Source of the DNA: an uncultured Acetatifactor sp.
GTDB lineage: Bacteria > Bacillota > Clostridia > Lachnospirales > Lachnospiraceae
Assembly (NCBI GenBank): GCA_910580225.1
Contig: CAJTXE010000004.1
Span: forward strand, 3,821 to 67,820
DNA length: 64,000 nt
Direction of reading: 5' to 3'
Each line of letters opens with the position of its first letter. Position 1 is the first letter of the stretch. Position numbers and translations under genes: made by a program. The notes beneath the pieces are model-generated. The model had not been told where the DNA came from and made no database searches. It saw only the letters and a list, made by a program, of their open reading frames with translations. Shown one piece after another: positions 43,932 through 53,171 of the stretch.

Positions 43932-44711
43932 ATGTATCTTGCAAAATATCTTCTGGATATCACAGAATTCACAGATGCGGAAAACGGAGAAGCCCTTCTT
44001 GCGAGGGCTTTTCTGCATATTGACGAAGAACGGCGAAGGAAGGCCCATGGCATAAGGCCCGGAAAAGCCAGGGCTGCCAGTGTGGGGGCAGGATTGCTGC
44101 TGCAGGCGGCGGTAAGAGATGGGGACAGGGAAGCGTGTTCCCAATGGAGACGGTATTCCGTCAATGAATTAATGGATTTTTTACAGGAGAAACCGCCGCT
44201 GGAACTTGCCTATGTATATGGAAGGGAGGGAAAGCCCTATTTCAGGGATCTGCCCTTTTATTTTAATCTGTCCCATTCCGGGGATTATGTTCTCTGCGTG
44301 GTTTCCGAAGCGGAGATCGGGGCGGATATTCAGCAGCACCGCCGGAGAGAGAAGGAAAAGGACAGGGAGGGGAGTGGGGGTTCGGAACGAAATGCCTTCG
44401 GGGACAGCAGCGCCGTTCTTGGGAGACTTGCCTCGCGTTTTTTTTCGGAAAGAGAGTGTGCTGCCCTGAACCGGGCAGGGGCAGAGCGGGAGCAGCTCTT
44501 CTTTCGGCTGTGGGCAAGGAAGGAAGCCTACGGGAAGCTGACCGGGAAGGGCGTGACCGGCGTGCTGGGCATGGATATGCTGCCGGAGACAGGGCAGGAG
44601 GAAGATAAACTGCTGTCCGGGGAAGGCGGATTCTCCCGGGAAAAAGGGATTTTCTGGGAAGAGTACGGCAGTATAGAGGGGTACAGCATTGCTCTGTGTC
44701 ATTACGGCTGA
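43932..44711 (+). CDS. Sfp-type 4'-phosphopantetheinyl transferase
   Basis: GKPY, FNLSHSG, IGADIQ, FFRLWARKEAYGK. Confidence 0.9.
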   Translation: MYLAKYLLDITEFTDAENGEALLARAFLHIDEERRRKAHGIRPGKARAASVGAGLLLQAAVRDGDREACSQWRRYSVNELMDFLQEKPPLELAYVYGREGKPYFRDLPFYFNLSHSGDYVLCVVSEAEIGADIQQHRRREKEKDREGSGGSERNAFGDSSAVLGRLASRFFSERECAALNRAGAEREQLFFRLWARKEAYGKLTGKGVTGVLGMDMLPETGQEEDKLLSGEGGFSREKGIFWEEYGSIEGYSIALCHYG

Positions 44712-44718
44712 CCCCAGA

Positions 44719-45051
44719 TCAGCCCTCGTAATCATCCAGAAAGGGATCCCCGATATCCAGGCGTATGGGAGGCCTGGGCGGAGGACAGGGCGCAGCATCC
44801 GGGGAGGGCGCTTCCGGCTGAACGCGGCAGGGTGCGGCGTCTGTGGATGGCGCTTTCGGGTGAGGCGCACAGGGCCTGGGGGCGTCGGTCTGCGCAAGCT
44901 GTCTGCCGAACTGCAGATTGGCCTGGATCAGGTTGTATTGCAGCAGTATTTTCAGGGTCTGGGAGAGACATTCCGGAGTGTTGCAGTTTACCTCACAGAT
45001 GTCTTTCAGGGAGTGCGACAGATTCAGGATGTCCAGGGATGTGATTGCCAT
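44719..45051 (-). CDS. Hypothetical protein with Pro/Ala/Cys 14-aa repeats
   Basis: Three imperfect DAAPC...APS repeats (42-bp period); the true start may be upstream at 45103 with a frameshift. Confidence 0.45.
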   Translation of the reverse strand: MAITSLDILNLSHSLKDICEVNCNTPECLSQTLKILLQYNLIQANLQFGRQLAQTDAPRPCAPHPKAPSTDAAPCRVQPEAPSPDAAPCPPPRPPIRLDIGDPFLDDYEG

Positions 45052-45282
45052 GGAAGTCTCCGAAGGAATTGATTCTCTTTATTTTATTCAGATAGGCTGT
45101 CATTTTTTACTCCTATGAAATATTTAACCTGAATGGAAACAGGATTATTTCCGATTGTGGTATTCTGCTCAATTTGTCTTTCTGCTATAATCAGTACAGT
45201 TGGAAGCAGATGCAGCATCCAATAAGCGAATGCGGTGAAATTAATGTACTGCAAAAAGTTTATTGCAAAGGAGAAGATGACA

Positions 45283-45504
45283 ATGAAAAGGAAGATTAAA
45301 GACAGGATGAAGAAGTTTTTGGCAGAGGCATTGGTTGCAGGCCTGCTGCTGGTGCCGGCAGTGCTGCCGCCCACAGGAACTGTGGAGGAAAGCCTGCCGG
45401 GAGAGTTGACGGTTGGAAATGAGCAGCCGGGAGACAGGAACGGGGATGAGATTATGCCCTGTGGGGATTTGGAGAATGAAGAAGAATTGGAATGGATTAC
45501 CTAA
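45283..45504 (+). CDS. Small secreted propeptide 2 (73 aa), candidate signalling peptide
   Basis: AAGGAG RBS; extended -10 TGcTATAAT at 45183-45191; basic N-terminus, hydrophobic core, acidic linker, C-terminal IMPCGDL; convergent with regulator 2. Confidence 0.75.
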   Translation: MKRKIKDRMKKFLAEALVAGLLLVPAVLPPTGTVEESLPGELTVGNEQPGDRNGDEIMPCGDLENEEELEWIT

Positions 45505-45515
45505 GAGAGTAACGA

Positions 45516-47385
45516 TTAATATTCTAATTCTATGGCAAAATCTTCATAAAGGTATCTTTTTAAGGCAGAGGCATTCTGGGGACGTTCCGTTAATATACTG
45601 ATGGCATATGACTGTATTGCCGCAATGTGGGCTTCTTGATAGCGGGAACATTCCCCCAGGGCCTGGGAATAACAGAACAGGAAAGTGCCAAAGCTGTTGA
45701 TAAAATATTTTATGATGGACATATCAAGGGAAGCGGGAAGTGCAGCGGTTTCCCGATAAAATTCTAATATGTACAGACTGTGGCAATACATATAACCAGT
45801 AATGGGCAGAAACTTAGCCTGCAGAAGGATATCAGGTTTTGTTTTATGGATATATGCTAATATCTGCAGAAAATACAGGGAGCTGAGATGAGAGTCTTTG
45901 GTGCGCCTGTATTCGTGGGCAATATTATTGAGTATAGTTAATTCTCCGCAAGTCAGCCTGTGCTTACAGATTTGGTGTATGTCGAAATCTGGCTGTGTAA
46001 GAAGCAGTGCTTCAGTCAGGCGGCAGATTTTTTCATCAGGTGACTCCAGGTGAAAAGCTCCAAGGACGAGATATTCCTGATAGTATAATGTCTCATGCTT
46101 ATTGATAAGATTTTCAATTTTACTGTAGTAATTTTCAAAAGTTTCTTTTGGCATAGTACGAACATGTGCCGCTTTAAAATACAAATCATGAAATTCAGCA
46201 TTCTTTTGATTTCCCCAATAAGGGAAAATTTTTCCGGATATACCCAACCGCTGCAGCAGAGCAGCTGCCAAGGCAATATCAGGCTGCGATGCATCATTCT
46301 CTATCTTGGAGAGTTTGGATTTACTGCACAATCCGCGGCAGAGAATCTGTTGGCTGACATTCTGATCCAATCGAAGGTCCTGTATCAGTTTGCCCAGAGT
46401 ATAGAGCCGATTTTCGTTATTGTAGAGCCCATCAGTTACCTGGACAGAGTTCTGAAAAACTTTGATGGGATAAGCCATCAATGGAACTGTTGGAAAGTCT
46501 TTCATACTGCCTGTAATCCGGTAATCGGTCTCTGCTCTAAGGTAATCCCTGCACAGAGTGGCATAGCAGCTTTCGATTGCCTGGGCAGAGTAAAAAGCAG
46601 CCTTTATGTGTGTGTCTGCCAGGCTGAATTCTTTTAAATAATGGCAGCACAATCCAGTGAGAAATGTCAGCTCAATCAGAGGCGCATCGTAGGCATTGAC
46701 TGCGGTTTTTTTTCGGCAGGGGTCTGAAAGCTTTAACGCGGTGCTGTAATCTCCAGTGCTGATCAGGTATTTTATATAAACAATGGAGGAGTCTGTCTGC
46801 ATGCGTTCTTTTTCTATGGTGGCGAAATAACTGTCTGGCAGATATGCATTCAGCTGTATGCACATTTGCCCGCAGAGAGCTGTCCTGTTCAGATAGAGAG
46901 CTTCCAGAGCTATTAATGTCAGAAGCTGAATTTCATTCTGTGACAGGAGAAGTCTGCGGAAATCAGCCAGATCAATATCAGGCCTGGTTATGTGTAGAGC
47001 ATCCAGAAGCGTATCGTAGTTTTGCTGGTGGGAACAGCAGCCATTCCTGATAGTACAGCTTATTATCGGCCCAGTTCTTTTCTTCCGGTCTGCAAAGTTC
47101 ATCATATGCGTGCTGCAGCTGCCAGGCATCCAGATAGAGGCGGACGCGCTTCAATCCGTAGAAGCATTCGAACCCGTCCCGGCTGTTGAATATGGGATAG
47201 CGCCCGTACTGCGCCCCGGTGCGTTCCATAAGAGCCTGAAAGGTGACATGGCTGACATTTGCCTTACCGTTTTCAATCCGGGAGAGCGCCTGGGGAGTAC
47301 AGATGCCTTCGGAGAGCTGTTCCTGGGTGAGTCCGGCTTTTATACGGGCTTCTTTGATAAGCAGATTGGCGTTATGTACTGGCAT
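45516..47385 (-). pseudogene. Tandem two-HTH helical (RRNPP/Rgg-like) regulator 2, frameshifted near 47,035
   Basis: HTH1 (IKEARIKAGLTQEQLSEGICT) in ORF 46978-47385; HTH2 (IQDLRLDQNVSQQILCRGLCS) in ORF 45516-47129; frames switch at YYQEWLL / CSHQQNY; GGAGG RBS. Confidence 0.78.
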
Positions 47386-47702
47386 GAGGATTCCTCCATC
47401 AGGTGTATTTTGTTTTTAAGAAATGAATAGTAGGTTATTGTTAGTATATTAACTTTTATATTATATTATGGCATGGTATAAAATACAAGAGTTTAGACAA
47501 AAAAACAGGTGCAACTGGCGGAGGGTTTGCAGGAGCCTATTAACTGTGAGTTTAACATAAATGGAAACAAAAAGATTTCGGGTTAGTTAGTGGTACTAGG
47601 AAGTAACAGGAATTAAAATACAGATAGTTTAGCTCAAATGAACATTTTGGATGGTTTAACACATGGATTGTGTAACAGAAGATAATGGGATAGGAGGTAA
47701 GT

Positions 47703-48677
47703 ATGAACGGGCAAGATAAGTATCAGGCAAATTATCATGTATATCGGAATGGAAAGTTTGATCCTTTTTGCTACTTGCTGAATTGTTATGACCAGGTATG
47801 CTATTTTCAATTTAGAAAAGTGTCTAATTTTAGCCGGTGGATTTATTTTTGTGATGATATTAATCTGGAAATAAAGGCAGATAATATATTTGTAAGCAGA
47901 TCATTGGTCAATAAAGAGTATCAGAAGGTTGGAAAATGGACAATCAAGGAAAACCATTTTGAAAAGATTCATGAATTACTAAAAGAGAAAGATACCCTAA
48001 TGCTTCGTACAGCGTTTAATTATGTGCCCAATTATGTATGGTGGAAAGAAGGGCAAGATCATATTCATAGTTCGCATTTAACATATGTAATCGGCGAAGA
48101 TAACGATGTGTATTATGTGGTGGACAGTCCATGGGTTTTTTTGGATGTTAAAACAATCAGGATGGAAAATAATCCTTCAATAGTCAAAATATTAAAGGGA
48201 AATTTTAATAAGGCTTTTCAAGAGTGTTGTGAGGTTTTTACAATAGAGCTTGAAAATTTACCGACAAAGAAAAGTGAAGAGTTTCCCTTTTTGAAAAGAG
48301 TTTTGGAAAAGATAGTTCAAAATTATTTTTCACAGAATGATACAAGCATTATGGGAAGAAAAGCAATACAATATTTAGCAGAAAAATGTAGTTTGCGGGA
48401 AGAAAAAATTTTTGATGCATCGTTTATGTATCACTTGTTAGTTGCCAGGAGGCTATTGTTAAAACGTGGAATCGAGATCTGTTCAGGCTATATAAATAAC
48501 TATGATACTTTAATGAATTATTTGGATAGATCAATAGAGTACTGGACACAACTTAAGAAATTGTCAGATGATCATTTATATAAAGGAGCGGATGTATTCT
48601 TGTTGACGGACCAGAATTTGACATCATTGGTCGCTAACGAAGAGAAACTTATTGAATGCCTGGATAAATGTATTTAA
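47703..48677 (+). CDS. BtrH-like papain-fold acyltransferase (putative)
   Basis: Cys (LNCY), His (SHLTYVIG) and Asp (YVVDSP) in C39/BtrH-like spacing, helical C-terminus; adjacent to an ACP; AGGAGG RBS. Confidence 0.6.
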   Translation: MNGQDKYQANYHVYRNGKFDPFCYLLNCYDQVCYFQFRKVSNFSRWIYFCDDINLEIKADNIFVSRSLVNKEYQKVGKWTIKENHFEKIHELLKEKDTLMLRTAFNYVPNYVWWKEGQDHIHSSHLTYVIGEDNDVYYVVDSPWVFLDVKTIRMENNPSIVKILKGNFNKAFQECCEVFTIELENLPTKKSEEFPFLKRVLEKIVQNYFSQNDTSIMGRKAIQYLAEKCSLREEKIFDASFMYHLLVARRLLLKRGIEICSGYINNYDTLMNYLDRSIEYWTQLKKLSDDHLYKGADVFLLTDQNLTSLVANEEKLIECLDKCI

Positions 48678-48766
48678 GGATGGAAGTGATTTCTGAATAT
48701 TGGTTTTAGGGTGTTTTTTGCTATACAGGACTAAAAGATTATAAAATAATGAAGAAAGGGAGAGAA

Positions 48767-49021
48767 ATGAGAGAGAAGATATACAATGATGTTTTAAATA
48801 GAATCGTTAGTATTGTTAATCCTGAGATAACGGAACAGGTAGGGATGAATGTGTCACTGGAGGAAATGGGAATAGATTCGCTTTCATTAATCAGTTTTAT
48901 TGTACAGATTGAAGGATTCTATGACATACAATTTAAAGATGAGTATTTAGAAGAAATAATACTTTCTGATATTGATGCACTGGTTGATATTATAATTAGT
49001 TTAATAGAACATAAGGGATAA
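48767..49021 (+). CDS. Stand-alone acyl/peptidyl carrier protein
   Basis: LEEMGIDSL Ppant site, IEGFYDIQF; small and acidic. Confidence 0.9.
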   Translation: MREKIYNDVLNRIVSIVNPEITEQVGMNVSLEEMGIDSLSLISFIVQIEGFYDIQFKDEYLEEIILSDIDALVDIIISLIEHKG

Positions 49022-49022
49022 A

Positions 49023-50432
49023 ATGATGGATAACATGCCGAAAATATATTTGGGTTACTTCAAACATTTGGAAGCGTATAGGGATAGCTATAATGTCCGT
49101 TGCTTTGATATTAAAGAATGTGGTGATGAGTATGGAGAGGTACTTAATCCTTCGTCTAATGTTGTAAACCAACTTATGGATAGGAACAAAGAAAAAATTC
49201 TTGCTGAGATTGAACATGGAAATAGAGATATTAAGCAGCTTTTGAAGATGATCTCCGATCTATCTGCACAGCCTTGCAGTAAAAGGGTGATGGAATTTAC
49301 TTTTATTGGTATTAGAATTACAACTGATTGTAATTTATATGGAAGTGACAGGTGCAGTTACTGTGACCAAAAGCGTTACAGGGGAAAGTTGGATGCAGAA
49401 AAGTTAAAAGAAATAATTGATTTAGTTTCTGATAAAGGTAAGCGGCGAGGAATAAATGTTTCGTTATCAGGGGGAGAGCCTCTTTTATTATATGAAGACT
49501 TATTTGGGAAAGGATTGATTAAAGCTTTTTATGATCATGGATGTGTGATAAATATGAATTCCAATTTACATTTGATTACACCACATAGTGTATTGCCTAT
49601 AATTAATAGTGGTTTGGCAAGTATACATACATCATTTGATTCATCGGTAGAATTTGTTCATGATAATTTGGTTTGCGAAGGTGCCATGAGTAGAGCAATT
49701 GAGGGTATTAAACTTTTTCAGAGTATTAAAAAAATATTTCATGTTTCTTATCCGGTAGTTCATATAAATGTGGTGGCGACGAAGGATAATTTATTATTGT
49801 ACGATAAATTACTACGTTTTTTGCTACAGTATAGATTGCCGCAGGAAAAGGTTGGGTTAGGGACGCCATATACGAATTCAGGAAGAATGGACTTGTCGCC
49901 ACATCTTATTGTACTTGGAGGAGATAAGAACAGCGAATTACAGCCTGGAATAGATGATTGGGCCAAATTTGAGAATGAAGTGCTTCCGAGATGCAGGGAA
50001 ATATGGAATGATTATTTAAATAAAAACGGGATTAGCCTGACAAGGAAAAATGGCTTCGATGTAGTACATTATTATAGTAATCCGTTAAAATTTAGTTCAG
50101 TAAAAAAGACAGAAGATAAAAAGCAGTTCAGGCGTTGTTATATTGCTCCAACGCAGATTTATATTGTGAACAATGGGGATTGCTTTGCCTGCGGATGTCA
50201 TGCCGATGCAAAAAATGCTCCTGTATTAGGGAATATATATAAAGATTCTGTTGATGACATCATCAAAAATAATATTAATTTTCTTACAACTGAACTACCT
50301 CATCCGGAGTATTGTGCTAAATGTGCTAAAAACACCAGAAAGATGAACGCCATAATTGAAAACAAATTAATAGCACATATTGAGAACTTGATTGTTCAGG
50401 CATCTAAGAACGCAGTGATATCAGAGCCTTAA
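49023..50432 (+). CDS. Radical SAM enzyme with CX7CX2C motif and C-terminal SPASM/twitch domain
   Basis: TTDCNLYGSDRCSYC, LSGGEPLL, C-terminal CY...NGDCFAC...LGNI...CAKC. Confidence 0.88.
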   Translation: MMDNMPKIYLGYFKHLEAYRDSYNVRCFDIKECGDEYGEVLNPSSNVVNQLMDRNKEKILAEIEHGNRDIKQLLKMISDLSAQPCSKRVMEFTFIGIRITTDCNLYGSDRCSYCDQKRYRGKLDAEKLKEIIDLVSDKGKRRGINVSLSGGEPLLLYEDLFGKGLIKAFYDHGCVINMNSNLHLITPHSVLPIINSGLASIHTSFDSSVEFVHDNLVCEGAMSRAIEGIKLFQSIKKIFHVSYPVVHINVVATKDNLLLYDKLLRFLLQYRLPQEKVGLGTPYTNSGRMDLSPHLIVLGGDKNSELQPGIDDWAKFENEVLPRCREIWNDYLNKNGISLTRKNGFDVVHYYSNPLKFSSVKKTEDKKQFRRCYIAPTQIYIVNNGDCFACGCHADAKNAPVLGNIYKDSVDDIIKNNINFLTTELPHPEYCAKCAKNTRKMNAIIENKLIAHIENLIVQASKNAVISEP

Positions 50433-50517
50433 CAGGAATGGAAAAAGGAGATAGGATTGTCCTTATTTTTAACAAATACTTGGATGTCGGATAAAAGAGA
50501 AACAGGGAGAAAATGAC

Positions 50518-51798
50518 ATGCTAAAAGTTATATATAAAGGAGGATATTTTGGTGAAGAAGAGATTATGGAAGGCGTGATAGACAAATTTTTGGATTATGG
50601 AGTAAAGGAAGGTAGCCTGGTGGCTTGTATTCTCAATAGTCCAATGAAGATAATATCTGTATGGCTGGCAATTTTAAAAATCAAGGCAATTCCGGTGTTT
50701 ATTCCTGGCTATTTTTCTGCCCATATGTTGGAAGGGATAAGAAAAAATTTAAGAGTAGATTTTACTGTTGAAGAAATAAACGATGATCTTATCATAAATT
50801 ATAACAATAACAGTATATTAAAAGTGGAACCTAACAGTATCATTTTTGCAAGTTCAGCCTCCACTGGAGAACCTAAGTTGATTATGAAAACAAAGGAAAA
50901 ATTAGACGCTGAATTTGAACGTTATAGAGAAGCTCTGGATTTAAAGTCAACGGATGTGTTTTTATCAATGGTTCCTTTATATCATGCATATGGTTTTATG
51001 TGTAGTTTATATACAGCACAGAAATTAGGGGCTACAGTTGTTGTGCCCCATACGTTATTTCCAAGAGGCATTATTTCTCTGCTAAAGAAACATAATGTGA
51101 CAATTATTTATGGTGTTCCTGAACTGTACCAAAAATTATTATTATTAGATGTCTCCACTTTACCTGATAGTTTAAGGTATGCTTTTTCTTCTTCGGCACC
51201 TGTTAGTAATGAATTATTGTTAGAGTTTAGGAAAAAGTTTCATTTTAGTTTAACACAGCAATATGGTTCTACCGAAACAGGGAGCGTAGCTATAAGTAAA
51301 AGTGATGATCTGAAAAATGAATTCAGTATGTCATTTCGAAATATCGAGTATAAATTGGAATTGTTTGGACAAGAAGAGGAGTTATACGAGATATTAATTG
51401 ATTCAAAAGATACAATTGGGACTTATATATTTAATAATAAATTACAGTATATAGAGCCTGGAATTTACAGAACTTCAGATTATGGGCAGTGTGTTGATGG
51501 AAAGCTTATAATATCTGGGCGTATAAAGGATATTGTTAATATTGCAGGCAGAAAAATATCAAAAAAATACATGGAAAGTGTAATGAAAAAATATCCATAT
51601 TTGATATTTGCAAAGATTGAAGATGAAAGTAACGGGTTGTCATGCAGATACAAACTTTATGATAAAGAAAAAATTATGGAGTTTAAGGAATTCTGTAAAA
51701 AAGAACTTCCCTCATTTTCAATGCCTCAGAAGTTTATATGGATGGATGATTTGGAAAATATATTAACATGGAAAGAAGGGATAAAATGGGGAATTTAA
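50518..51798 (+). CDS. AMP-dependent acyl ligase (adenylate-forming enzyme)
   Basis: SSASTGEPK, PLYHAYG, YGSTETG, RTSDYG, GRIKD-x-x-NIAG. Confidence 0.9.
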   Translation: MLKVIYKGGYFGEEEIMEGVIDKFLDYGVKEGSLVACILNSPMKIISVWLAILKIKAIPVFIPGYFSAHMLEGIRKNLRVDFTVEEINDDLIINYNNNSILKVEPNSIIFASSASTGEPKLIMKTKEKLDAEFERYREALDLKSTDVFLSMVPLYHAYGFMCSLYTAQKLGATVVVPHTLFPRGIISLLKKHNVTIIYGVPELYQKLLLLDVSTLPDSLRYAFSSSAPVSNELLLEFRKKFHFSLTQQYGSTETGSVAISKSDDLKNEFSMSFRNIEYKLELFGQEEELYEILIDSKDTIGTYIFNNKLQYIEPGIYRTSDYGQCVDGKLIISGRIKDIVNIAGRKISKKYMESVMKKYPYLIFAKIEDESNGLSCRYKLYDKEKIMEFKEFCKKELPSFSMPQKFIWMDDLENILTWKEGIKWGI

Positions 51799-53147
51799 AT
51801 AAATTTGTCAGAAAGGAAACATTGCTTGCCAGAGATGCTTCCAAAATTTTGTTGCCGCATCAATTCTATTATCCCCAGTTGTTTACTGTAGCAGATCGGT
51901 TTACGAATGAAAAAAGGGAAGATTTCCAAAATTATTTAAATCAGGGCAATGATGAATCAAAAGAAATGATGATATATGTTCACATTCCTTTTTGTGATGC
52001 ACATTGTTCTTTCTGCAGTTTTGATAAAGCATATGATTTAAATGAAATTAGCAAATATGTTGATTGCTTAATAAGCGAATTGGAATATTATGCTCAGTGC
52101 CCCTATTTTTCTCGAAAAATAATAAAAAGCATTCATTTTGGTGGAGGTACACCAACTATACTGCCGCCAGAGCAAATGGAAAGAATAGTAAAAGGAATAT
52201 ATGGCAATTTTAATGTAGAAAAAAATGCTATTATGAATATTGAAGGTTCTGCAACTACATTATGGCGGAAAGAAATACTTGATTATATTAAATCAAACAA
52301 TTTTTCGAGGGTGAGTGTAGGGATTCAGACATTTGATGAAAAAACAAGGGCGTTTTATGGTAGCAGTGCATCATTAGGGGATGTGTGGAAAACACTATAC
52401 CTTTTAAAAAATAAGAGCATAGTTACATACATCGATGTCATGTATGGCTATCCGTTATTTAATGAAACGTATTCTGATTATAATAGGGTAATGAAGGATA
52501 TTGAAACTGCGGCAGATATTGGGGTTGACGGGATAGAGTTTGGGCAACTGTATCCGTTTTATAATCCAATGGAACAAGTAATTAAAAGCAGAAATATGCA
52601 GTTTCCAGGAAAACAGGAATTGATTACTTTGATCCAGGATGCTACACAATTTATGTATAATCATGGATACACACAGTTAACACAATACGGTTTTGTTCAT
52701 TCTGAAGGTGAAATAATTCTTGAAAATGCATACTATGGGAAGGATGGAAAGAATATGGACTGTCTTGCACTGGGCTCTGGTGCATTTGGGAGCTTGGGAG
52801 AATGGAAATACCGTAATTTATTCTACAGGAGATACATGGAAAGTAAAGGTAATAGATACTTGCAGTTAAAGCACTTGAGTAAATATGAAATGAAAATGTC
52901 AGGGATTGTAGGTTTTCCTAAAACATTAGGAATCAGTAAGGATGCTTTAGAAAGAGTAAACGATAATCAGCCGTTTAAGGATACTCTGCAGCAACTGTTA
53001 AATGCAGAAATGCTGGAAGAGGAAGAAAGGATATATACTTTGACCCGGAAAGGAAAATGTTACATCGATAATATTTATATGGCTTTAATGTCAGAGGAAG
53101 AAAGAAAAAACATACTGAAAACAATGAAAATACACATTATTGAGTAG
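51786..53147 (+). CDS. HemN-like (class C) radical SAM enzyme
   Basis: YVHIPFCDAHCSFC, HFGGGTPT, RVSVGIQTFD, ALGSGAFG. Confidence 0.88.
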   Translation: MGNLNKFVRKETLLARDASKILLPHQFYYPQLFTVADRFTNEKREDFQNYLNQGNDESKEMMIYVHIPFCDAHCSFCSFDKAYDLNEISKYVDCLISELEYYAQCPYFSRKIIKSIHFGGGTPTILPPEQMERIVKGIYGNFNVEKNAIMNIEGSATTLWRKEILDYIKSNNFSRVSVGIQTFDEKTRAFYGSSASLGDVWKTLYLLKNKSIVTYIDVMYGYPLFNETYSDYNRVMKDIETAADIGVDGIEFGQLYPFYNPMEQVIKSRNMQFPGKQELITLIQDATQFMYNHGYTQLTQYGFVHSEGEIILENAYYGKDGKNMDCLALGSGAFGSLGEWKYRNLFYRRYMESKGNRYLQLKHLSKYEMKMSGIVGFPKTLGISKDALERVNDNQPFKDTLQQLLNAEMLEEEERIYTLTRKGKCYIDNIYMALMSEEERKNILKTMKIHIIE

Positions 53148-53171
53148 CTGAGGAAGAAGAGAGAGGGACGA

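Noticed and set aside
47020..47050. Programmed ribosomal frameshifting or phase variation in the two regulators
   Set aside because: No slippery heptamer or long homopolymer at either junction, and regulator 1 is missing sequence, which favours deletion
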